NCBI GenBank assembly: GCA_027483345.1
Contig: JAIXUV010000080.1
Coordinates: 1,679 to 65,678 of the forward strand
Length of the DNA: 64,000 nt
Source: Verrucomicrobiales bacterium
GTDB taxonomy: Bacteria; Verrucomicrobiota; Verrucomicrobiia; Limisphaerales; UBA9464
Reading direction: 5' to 3'
The position numbers and the translations under genes are program-made. The notes beneath the pieces are model-generated. The model saw only the letters and a list, made by a program, of their open reading frames with translations. It was not told the origin of the DNA and did no database searches. Below, in pieces: positions 46,948 through 54,560 of the stretch. Every line of letters begins with the position of its first letter. Positions within the stretch are counted from its first letter, which is position 1.

Positions 46948-47904
46948 CTAGAGGAATCGTGGTTTCTCGTAAGCGCCATGCAGATCGGCGTGGCCATCGC
47001 TTCGGCGAAGCCTTTGGAGTTGGCGCAGATTTGACGATTCGGTGACCTGAAAGATATGTGGCTGTGTCTGCGCTAAGTTGGACACGCGTTGCAGAATCTC
47101 GCTTTCTGCAATTCTCAGGATGCGTCCGGGACTGTGGCGCCCCGCGACCAATTCCCGCAACGCAACGGTCTGCTCGGAAGGAAAAGCCCGATTCCACCAG
47201 TCGTGAACAAAGAATGCGAAAAGCTGCTGCGGGATGGCTGTCTTCGGGCCGGCATCGAACGCATAGAGCGTCTCCCATTTCCCGGCTGTATTTTGCCTTT
47301 CACCAGCTTCTTGAATCAATCCAAGAACGGACAGGGCGCAGTCGAGGTGATCTTCTCCTCGCGTCCCACGCGGCGGGCGGTAGCTGTGAAGAAAGACTTC
47401 CCAATGCTGTTTGAGCGTGATGAGCGAAGCAGCCCTTTGATTTTGCTCGGCCTCCTTTCGGAATGCTTCGACCACGGCGCTGCTACTGAATTCTATGGTC
47501 GGCCAGCGATTGAATAAGCACTCCCACGCGAAAAAGGGCGCACTTCTGTTCGTGCTGATGAGCCAGTGGAGCAGCCAATTGCTGGAGTGATCTTCGAGGT
47601 ACGGATCGAGACCGGCATTGGGGGCGAAAACCAATTCGCCTATAGGGCTCAAGACCCACCGGGTGTCCTCCTTCGAGGCGATCTGGAACGCCTCAATCCA
47701 GCATCGGAGCGCCTCTACCATGTTTTTACCAAGCCCGAGGGAGACGATGCCCTCATCAATGTTCGTCAGCGGATCCCGACCAGAACCAATTTCTCGAATC
47801 GCCTTCGGCAGCCACGCAATACGGAGGGGGAACGTTTGGTGCCCACTGAAGCGAAAGGCGGGAGCCTGAACCTGGGGCTGATTAATTGTGGACATCAAGT
47901 TCAC
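46948..47904 (-). CDS. sspB: DUF4007 family protein (SspB-like nickase)
   Basis: FRFSGHQTFPLRIAWLPKAI matches the DUF4007 N-terminal signature as I recall it. The start is GTG at 47904 or ATG at 47895. Confidence 0.65.
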   Translation of the reverse strand: MNLMSTINQPQVQAPAFRFSGHQTFPLRIAWLPKAIREIGSGRDPLTNIDEGIVSLGLGKNMVEALRCWIEAFQIASKEDTRWVLSPIGELVFAPNAGLDPYLEDHSSNWLLHWLISTNRSAPFFAWECLFNRWPTIEFSSSAVVEAFRKEAEQNQRAASLITLKQHWEVFLHSYRPPRGTRGEDHLDCALSVLGLIQEAGERQNTAGKWETLYAFDAGPKTAIPQQLFAFFVHDWWNRAFPSEQTVALRELVAGRHSPGRILRIAESEILQRVSNLAQTQPHIFQVTESSNLRQLQRLRRSDGHADLHGAYEKPRFL

Positions 47905-48120
47905 AGTCGTAACCAGTTAAAAGATTGCAGCTAGGGGAAGGTAGCCCACTGCTGACTAAAAAAGTCGCCATAGTATAAACAACCTCGGCAGTGTACGGCT
48001 CTTGGCAGCGACTTGGACGAGGGCTGGAGTGCCGCTGCGCGGGTTGAACATCCCGTTGGGCACGGCCTTGTCGGAGGCATGTGCTACAAATGGAAGTTAC
48101 GAAAAGCATGGGGAAACGGG

Positions 48121-48351
48121 TCATCGCTGGGCTAGGTTCCGCTGGGTGGCAGTATCAGCGGTGGCACTTGAGACGTCCTGAGCCGCATGACCGCTTTTGA
48201 CCCATTCGTCGATTTCTGAAGCTAGAAACTTCCAAAGCTTTCCCACTTTGTGCGAGGGCATCCCTTTCCGGCTAATCCATTTGTAGATCGTGTCCGGATT
48301 CACTCCGAGATGCATTGCGATTTCTTCCACGGATAACCAACGTTCTGGCAT
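48121..48351 (-). CDS. excisionase-family helix-turn-helix protein, a candidate regulator upstream of the PT operon
   Basis: WLSVEEIAMHLGVNPDTIYKWISRKGMPSHKVGKLWKF is HTH_17-like. Start set at the internal ATG at 48351. Confidence 0.65.
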   Translation of the reverse strand: MPERWLSVEEIAMHLGVNPDTIYKWISRKGMPSHKVGKLWKFLASEIDEWVKSGHAAQDVSSATADTATQRNLAQR

Positions 48352-48561
48352 AGAATACCTTTCCGCAATCCACCACTCTTGGGCGTGATTGCAGGGCACC
48401 AACGGCTTAAGGGCAGGATCTTGCCGGAATTGTCCAGCAAAGCCAGTCAAAAGCCAGATGAATCGGTTAACCACGCGGTAACCGCTTCCGTCTATGGTTC
48501 AGAGTCGTTGGGCGCTTTTTCGATCAGGTTTCGAACGCCGAGCCTCCCGGGTGCGCCGTGC

Positions 48562-49017
48562 TCAACCGAGGTGGTGTACCTGCAGGTCACCCCAGTGCTG
48601 CGCGAGGTAGTCCACGACGAGGCGCCGGTGGCAGTAGTGGGGCGTTGCCTCGCTACACAGCAAACAACCGCCCTTGATGACGGCGGGATCGATCTGCTTC
48701 TCAATCTCCCGCTTCTTCATGAGTTCCAGGAAGGCCAACTCGTAGTCCGGCCAGTCCTTCTTGTGCTTCCCAAAGGCAGCCAGAATGTCGGCCGACGGAG
48801 CCAGCACCGGGAGATGGACGTAGTCGATGTGGCAGATTTCCTTGAGGAAATACCGCAGGTCGTCGCGCTTCGAGAATCCCGCGAGTTGGGAAACGTTGTT
48901 GAGGCGAACGTCGACGACACGCTGGGTGCGGCTGCCCCGCAGAAGTTCGAAAAACTCCGCGGCCGTCTTCTTCGTGAATCCAATGGTGTGGATGGTTGCG
49001 GTTGATTCAGTGTTCAT
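48562..49017 (-). CDS. DUF488 family protein
   Basis: IHTIGFTKKTAAEFFELL...VVDVR...LLCSEATPHYCHRRLV are DUF488 signature blocks. Confidence 0.8.
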   Translation of the reverse strand: MNTESTATIHTIGFTKKTAAEFFELLRGSRTQRVVDVRLNNVSQLAGFSKRDDLRYFLKEICHIDYVHLPVLAPSADILAAFGKHKKDWPDYELAFLELMKKREIEKQIDPAVIKGGCLLCSEATPHYCHRRLVVDYLAQHWGDLQVHHLG

Positions 49018-49077
49018 GGGTTGTTGGGGTGATTTTGCGAGCTGAAGATCTACCTGTCGATAGGGGACGGTTTGGTG

Positions 49078-49425
49078 CTATTCGGAGTCGCAAACCGAAA
49101 GCTGAGTGCCGGCTTGCAGAGTCGAACGGCCCGTGTCGGTGAGGGTGATCCGGTAATCCGGTTCATCATCGACGAGGCGGGTCTCCAACCACATGAGCTC
49201 GACAATGCCCTGTTGCTCCAACTGCGCGGCCGCGTTGTCGATCAATGCTTCCGCGGAATACCATTCACCGTCATCGACGGTAATTCCGATGCCCTCGCAC
49301 AGGCGAAAGTTGGTCTCCTCGTTGCCGTCGTAGAACGACGAGTAGAGAACTGAGCCTTGGGTTTGGAGGACGGCCAGCAGATGGAGCGCTGCCTGCTCGA
49401 TGAGTTCAGAAGGTCGGAGACCCAT
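49078..49425 (-). CDS. hypothetical acidic protein
   Basis: 115-aa ORF on the same strand as its neighbours. No motif recognised. Confidence 0.4.
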   Translation of the reverse strand: MGLRPSELIEQAALHLLAVLQTQGSVLYSSFYDGNEETNFRLCEGIGITVDDGEWYSAEALIDNAAAQLEQQGIVELMWLETRLVDDEPDYRITLTDTGRSTLQAGTQLSVCDSE

Positions 49426-49455
49426 AGGTTGTTCGCTGGCTGTTGTTGCGGAAGA

Positions 49456-50172
49456 TCACTTCTTCGCGCCCTGGAGGAGATCCAAGACTTGGCGGAGCAG
49501 GCCATTGGCCCGAGTCAATTCGCGACTCGGGGCACCCGGCGGGGTTGTGTTGATCAGGTCGGTGACGGCGTCGATGGCGTCGGCAACCCGGCGCTGCTCC
49601 GGGGCCCGCAAGCGGACGGTGTCCCAGCGGTCCATCTCTCCCGAGGCAATCAAGGCCTCCCGAAGTGCCTCTTCACCGATGTGACCGTCAAACCAAGCGG
49701 TAAACACCTCCCGGACGGCTGTCCGGTTGTTGCTGTCGAGAACGTCCTTCATGCGCCAGAGATTCAGGGCGTGGTGACCGTTCCAAATGGACCAGACAAA
49801 CCGGCGGAGATGCTGACCGCTGTGTGTGTCGGGACTCTCTCGGATACTCGTGGCGATGTTCTTGAGGGCTTCCTCGGCGGTGCGTTGCCGGGCGGCACGT
49901 TGATCGAGTTCGGATTGAGAAAGGAACGAAGGTGCGGCGAGGACCAACGTCAGAAGTTGGCGGATTGCGCCAGGCGGGGCCTCCCTAAGTTCTGAGCGCC
50001 ACTGTTTCGAACCGTCGCCCGGGATCGCGTGGAGCACCGAGCCGTCCACCCGGACCGTGGCGCGGCCATTGGTGAACGCCCCGGGGGCCGAGCGCTGGAA
50101 GCCGCGGTCAGCGAGGAAGTCCGCAAACCAAGGCTGTTCAGCGAGGGGTGGACGGGCGATTTCTGGTGCCAT
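49456..50172 (-). CDS. hypothetical protein, resembling a conserved ICE/plasmid backbone family
   Basis: FVWSIWNGHHALNLWRMKDVLDSNNRTAV resembles an (Y/W)NG...L...LD block that I associate with ICE-borne proteins. This recollection is weak. Confidence 0.4.
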   Translation of the reverse strand: MAPEIARPPLAEQPWFADFLADRGFQRSAPGAFTNGRATVRVDGSVLHAIPGDGSKQWRSELREAPPGAIRQLLTLVLAAPSFLSQSELDQRAARQRTAEEALKNIATSIRESPDTHSGQHLRRFVWSIWNGHHALNLWRMKDVLDSNNRTAVREVFTAWFDGHIGEEALREALIASGEMDRWDTVRLRAPEQRRVADAIDAVTDLINTTPPGAPSRELTRANGLLRQVLDLLQGAKK

Positions 50173-50364
50173 CCATCGATTTTATCACGCTGACGGAGCG
50201 TCCCGAAAGAGGTGAACTGGCAACTCCGCCGAACGACTCAAGAATTCTTGTTCTACGTGGCTTAACTCCGGATCACTTGACAGAACCGACGGCCAGATTG
50301 ACCTGCGGCAAGGTCACAAGTTCATCACAACCTGCCATAATGACCGCCAGGAGGGTCGAGTGCC

Positions 50365-50727
50365 ATGAGCTTGGAATATCGAAACTGGGAGGGGGTTCGA
50401 ATGACGTTTGTCGCGGGGAAGGCGGAGCCGGTTTGGCTGGTGGCCGACCTCGTTAAAAAGCTCGGCCATGTTCCCCGGGCGGCGCGACGGCTGCGCTGGA
50501 ATCGGCAGCTCGTGCGCATGGCCGTCTACCATGCGGAGTGGAACGCCACGACGATGGCGAGGGAGCGCTCGGCCGCTCTCGATGCCGGCTTTCGGGCTGA
50601 GGTCCTGATGGATTCGCCGCACGGACTGGTCTTTCCAGGATCAGATCTAGCAGACAAACCGATTCGGCCGAGACGTCGCGGCTGCTACTACTGTCGGAAG
50701 CGCACACATTTTGGGAGACTTCCATAA
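50365..50727 (+). CDS. hypothetical protein, weak Bro-N-like N-terminus
   Basis: WEGVRMTFVAGKAEPVWLVADLVKKLGH. The C-terminal half is arginine-rich, so coding status is uncertain. Confidence 0.3.
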   Translation: MSLEYRNWEGVRMTFVAGKAEPVWLVADLVKKLGHVPRAARRLRWNRQLVRMAVYHAEWNATTMARERSAALDAGFRAEVLMDSPHGLVFPGSDLADKPIRPRRRGCYYCRKRTHFGRLP

Positions 50728-50894
50728 CCTTGGTCATGGCAAACTTGCTGTTACCATCCTTCTTCCGCCGCGCATCGGGTCCGATTTCCCGGACGTGTAT
50801 TCCGAACAAACTTGGTGTCCGAGGCGAAATTCCGGTGCGCGACCGCGAAGTGGCACATGGTCATTGGCGGGCACGGGATGACATATCAGCGATA

Positions 50895-51194
50895 TCATCC
50901 GGCCCGCCTTGTGCGGGCTTGCTTCTTTTCCGGCCGGGAATCTCCTCCCGAACGGACGTCGCCGGTCGCACGCTGCAATATCTCACCCAAGTCAACGCCT
51001 AGGACTTCAGCGATCTTGACTAGCGAATCTAGGCTCGGTTTTCGCTCACCCCGGTCGAGCAGGCTGATGGTCGACTGGTGCAGGCCGCTACGAATCGCCA
51101 ATTGTTTGCCGCTGATCTGCTTCTCCTCCCTTACTGCACGAAGCAATTGCATCACGCGGGAGCAAACTCGAACAGCTTGGTCATCCAGTTTCAC
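50895..51194 (-). CDS. XRE-family HTH transcriptional regulator
   Basis: LLRAVREEKQISGKQLAIRSGLHQSTISLLDRGERKPSLDSLVKIAEVLGVDLGEIL. Confidence 0.75.
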   Translation of the reverse strand: MKLDDQAVRVCSRVMQLLRAVREEKQISGKQLAIRSGLHQSTISLLDRGERKPSLDSLVKIAEVLGVDLGEILQRATGDVRSGGDSRPEKKQARTRRAG

Positions 51195-51255
51195 GGCCTA
51201 TGACAATAGTGCGTTTGCTAGTTGACGGCGCTATGACAATTGTCAATATGCAGCC

Positions 51256-51492
51256 ATGTTCATTCGACGCCTTGGAGTTCAATCGAACGCCACTCTGCAA
51301 CAGTGTGCAGGCGGACGAGCCTGCCCGGACATCCTCGAACTTGCTGACGGAGACTTCGCCATCATCGGGAAGGACATCACCGAATTTGCCGGACAACTCC
51401 CCGCCGGGTCTGGATGTGGACCGGACGAACGACTGATCCGCATTCCCCGGGCGCTTCTTGTCCGCGCACGAAGCGAAATCCCGGTGGTCTGA
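51256..51492 (+). CDS. small hypothetical protein divergent from the XRE regulator
   Basis: 78-aa ORF, ATG start. CAGGRACPDILELADGDFAIIGKD is vaguely DUF397-like. Confidence 0.35.
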   Translation: MFIRRLGVQSNATLQQCAGGRACPDILELADGDFAIIGKDITEFAGQLPAGSGCGPDERLIRIPRALLVRARSEIPVV

Positions 51493-51545
51493 ATGGGCAT
51501 CCAGGGACTTTCGGAACAAAGCCCATCTGTGGTAGACTACCATGG

Positions 51546-52037
51546 ATGGACAGCACCCTCGCATACCTGATCAACCACTGGCATTCCCTACTGGAAAGTG
51601 TGGGGATCATCGGAGGTCTGCTGTTCACGGGAATCACTGTTCGCCGGGATCTAGAGGCACGCCGGGTGTCCGAGCAGTTGACCCTCGCCACCCAGCACCG
51701 CCGCCTCTGGGGGCAATTGCATCGGCGGAAGAGCCTTTCCCGAATGCTCGAAGCGGATCGGGATCTGGAAGCCTGTCCGGTTTCCCGAGAGGAGGAACTC
51801 TTCCTTTCCCTGTCCTTCGTCCATTTCCACACCGGTTGGTTGATTTGCCGTGATGAAGGTTCCCTGACGCCGCTGTCGGTACTCGCCGCTGACGCCGGAC
51901 ACTTCTTCCGATTGCCCGTGCCAAGGGCGGTGTGGCAAAAGGTCCGCGCTACCCACCAGCCGGAGTTTGTCACATTCATCGAAGATTCGGTCCGATTGGT
52001 CCCCGTCGCGAGCGAAGATCCGAATACACAGCTCTAA
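51546..52037 (+). CDS. hypothetical membrane protein
   Basis: Start set at the internal ATG (MDSTLAYLINHWHSLLESVGIIGGLLFTGITV), which gives one clear N-terminal TM segment. Confidence 0.4.
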   Translation: MDSTLAYLINHWHSLLESVGIIGGLLFTGITVRRDLEARRVSEQLTLATQHRRLWGQLHRRKSLSRMLEADRDLEACPVSREEELFLSLSFVHFHTGWLICRDEGSLTPLSVLAADAGHFFRLPVPRAVWQKVRATHQPEFVTFIEDSVRLVPVASEDPNTQL

Positions 52038-52858
52038 ACTTCCCCGGCATGTTCCTCCTGCACCCAGAGCAAAACGGGCAGCAATAGGATGGTCACCGTA
52101 GCCACGATGCCGGCCCATACCGGATGGGCGCGCCCGAGCAAGGCATCGTAGGCACCATGGAGGAAGGCAATGGGCAACAGCCGCAATGCAGTGTTCCACC
52201 AGCGATCAGAGTCCCACCAATCGTGCGGCAGGGACAGAACGGCGACCGCGCTCATGCAACCGTGGAAACCGACGCAGAAGAAAAATCGGAGAACGTAAAC
52301 GACCCAATCGGCATTCTCCGGGATGTAATGGTGATATGAATATTGCACGGCTTCCGCCAGCCCAAAACCAACCCCGGACACAAAACCAAAGGCCGCTCTG
52401 GTGCGCATGCCGTCGATGATGTCCGAACGAGCAGCAATCGCTTTCGCTGCTTCCTCGGTCAGGCCAACGCCGAGGGTGTAGCCGAGAATCGAAACCCAGA
52501 GTGGCAGGGACTCGACATCCTTGATGGCGTTAGCCATTCCAACCCCACTGAATGCGTATCCGGCCGGTCCACCGAGAAACAATTTGGCGAGGCTGGGATA
52601 CCCCATTGCGTAGGTCAGCAAGTGCACGAGCCCGAGGCCACCAATTGAACTCCACGCCAGACGGGAGATGGAAGCCAGGCAATCGTCTCGATCCAGCTTG
52701 AAGAGCCACCAGGCCTTTGGGAGGAACAGAAGCGCGCTGAATGCTGCGTAAGCCAGGGGCGTCAAACAGGGACCTGCGAGGTGGGGTGTCCCTTGCGGGT
52801 GTTGGATCCAGACCCAATACGGGATCAGGAGCAGTAAGAGCCAAATGAATCGTTTCAT
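52034..52858 (-). CDS. PrsW-family intramembrane metalloprotease
   Basis: Polytopic protein with GLTEEAAKAI, GFGLAEAVQY and FLHGAYDAL motifs. Starts 2 nt after the T4CP stop. Confidence 0.7.
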   Translation of the reverse strand: MKRFIWLLLLLIPYWVWIQHPQGTPHLAGPCLTPLAYAAFSALLFLPKAWWLFKLDRDDCLASISRLAWSSIGGLGLVHLLTYAMGYPSLAKLFLGGPAGYAFSGVGMANAIKDVESLPLWVSILGYTLGVGLTEEAAKAIAARSDIIDGMRTRAAFGFVSGVGFGLAEAVQYSYHHYIPENADWVVYVLRFFFCVGFHGCMSAVAVLSLPHDWWDSDRWWNTALRLLPIAFLHGAYDALLGRAHPVWAGIVATVTILLLPVLLWVQEEHAGEV

Positions 52859-52860
52859 GG

Positions 52861-54510
52861 TCAATCGTTTTGAATGGTTTTGAGTTGAGCCAAGAGCAGG
52901 TCCGGCTGGGAGTTGGGAAGACGAAGAAACTCGGGCGGGAGGCGCAGGCGCTTGGCATCCGCAGGCTTCCATTCGGGCAGAGTCATCTCCTTGGGTAGCA
53001 CTTCAATGACGTTCGGAATTCGCGGGTCGGGCGCGACATTTCGTTTCAGGAAGTTGCGCACATGAATGTAGGCGACGAAGGACCCGATGCGCGGCACGTC
53101 ATTGAACATCACGACCGGCTGTGATTCCGAAGGGCGAGGAATCCCCATCAGCTCGGAGCCCAGACGAGCCTTTTCCATTCGCCGAGTCTCCTCGATGGAC
53201 GTTCCGTACGTCGTGCCTCCCTTGGAGTTATAGCTGGTTGAAGAGTTAATCTTCCGAACGAGAATTTCGACTTCGCCGAAGAATTTGACGAAGGCATCGG
53301 CGGTGTGGGCGCTGCTGGTCCTGAGCCAGGATACGTTCGACAAATTCGCGAGAATCTCCCGTGCCAGGTGTTCACTGCCATAGGCTTCCGTAAACCCTTC
53401 AATCGACTGAATTCCCAAGACCAATGACACGCCCTTTGAGCGACCCAGGTTCGCGAGCCGATTCAGCTTTTCCACCCGACCGAGGTCACGCGCTTCATCC
53501 AGGAAAAACCAAGACCGGCGCGTGTGCGAATCGGGCTCGCTCAAGACGAGGTCGGCGAGGAAATCGATGATCGCCTGATGAATCGGCTGGAGCACCGCGG
53601 CAAACTTGGGGTGCCCTGGCACCAACAACACGGAATCCGACTTCACCCATTCCTTGAGGCTCAGCTTCCGCGGGCAGCGGTGCCACACGGCGGCAACAAC
53701 GTCGTAACGCTGTAAGAAGGAATTGAACGACTCCATAAGGTTAGCGGTGGTTTTTTCGTCACGGCAATCCTCAGACCACAGATGAGATGTCTCCGGCAGG
53801 AGACTAAGGACGTGGGCGATACGCTTGGGGTGACGCATCACGAGAAGTGCGTCCCGAAGCGTCCAGCGATTTGGGAAGAGTTCCGCAAAGACCGTAAAGA
53901 CCCCGCCGAGAATGTTCCGGGTGGCTTCGATCCAGAATCGGTCACTCTCATTCTTTCCACCCTGAATCAGAACCCTAGCGAGCTGCCGTGCTTCCGCCGG
54001 GCTGGTAACGTCCGAGGCGATGTCCCACGCGACTCCCCTCTGATCCATGGGATCCATCAAGTGAACGGGAACCGAAAGCTTTTGGTTCATCAGGCGGGAA
54101 TACTTCTCGCGCTTCAAATCGAAGATAAACGCGCGTTGGTCGCTACCCGGCCGGAAATGGCTGAGTGCAGACTGTTCCAGCGAGTCGATGGTCAGTGATT
54201 TGCCGCTACCGGAGCTTCCAATGATCAGGAAGTGGCCGGTTGCCTCACTCAGCGGCAGGTGCAGCCCAGCCCACCAGAGCCGATTGGGATTCGGGGGCAG
54301 AGGCTCAGGAATCCGCGGATTCTTTCTCAGTCGCAGCCGCAACCACACGAAGGTTAAGAGGCGCCGCCACCAAGGCGGGACCAGAGGAAATGGAATCGAG
54401 TCTCCCAAGGCAGCAGCCGCACGATTTGCCGCCTCCGTGAAGTCGATGAAACGACGGCCCCTTTCATAATAGCGATATTCAGGCATACGGCTAAGAGGGG
54501 GCCACAGCAT
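52861..54510 (-). CDS. type IV coupling protein (TraD/TrwB/VirD4-like ATPase)
   Basis: Walker A FLIIGSSGSGKSLTI and Walker B SWFFLDEARDLG. Downstream of the relaxase. Confidence 0.8.
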   Translation of the reverse strand: MLWPPLSRMPEYRYYERGRRFIDFTEAANRAAAALGDSIPFPLVPPWWRRLLTFVWLRLRLRKNPRIPEPLPPNPNRLWWAGLHLPLSEATGHFLIIGSSGSGKSLTIDSLEQSALSHFRPGSDQRAFIFDLKREKYSRLMNQKLSVPVHLMDPMDQRGVAWDIASDVTSPAEARQLARVLIQGGKNESDRFWIEATRNILGGVFTVFAELFPNRWTLRDALLVMRHPKRIAHVLSLLPETSHLWSEDCRDEKTTANLMESFNSFLQRYDVVAAVWHRCPRKLSLKEWVKSDSVLLVPGHPKFAAVLQPIHQAIIDFLADLVLSEPDSHTRRSWFFLDEARDLGRVEKLNRLANLGRSKGVSLVLGIQSIEGFTEAYGSEHLAREILANLSNVSWLRTSSAHTADAFVKFFGEVEILVRKINSSTSYNSKGGTTYGTSIEETRRMEKARLGSELMGIPRPSESQPVVMFNDVPRIGSFVAYIHVRNFLKRNVAPDPRIPNVIEVLPKEMTLPEWKPADAKRLRLPPEFLRLPNSQPDLLLAQLKTIQND

Positions 54511-54560
54511 GACTAGGCCGTCAGCGGGGTACCGTCGGGGTTGACGGGAGTTATCCGTGC

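Noticed and set aside
27616-48351. Search for DndB (DGQHR), DndD (SMC-like) and DndE, or for SspE (DUF262 + DUF1524), in or near the PT locus
   Set aside because: No ORF shows these motifs or sizes. The DGRGVRG string in the 876-aa protein is not a DGQHR motif. The locus is therefore described as an Ssp-type writer without SspE.
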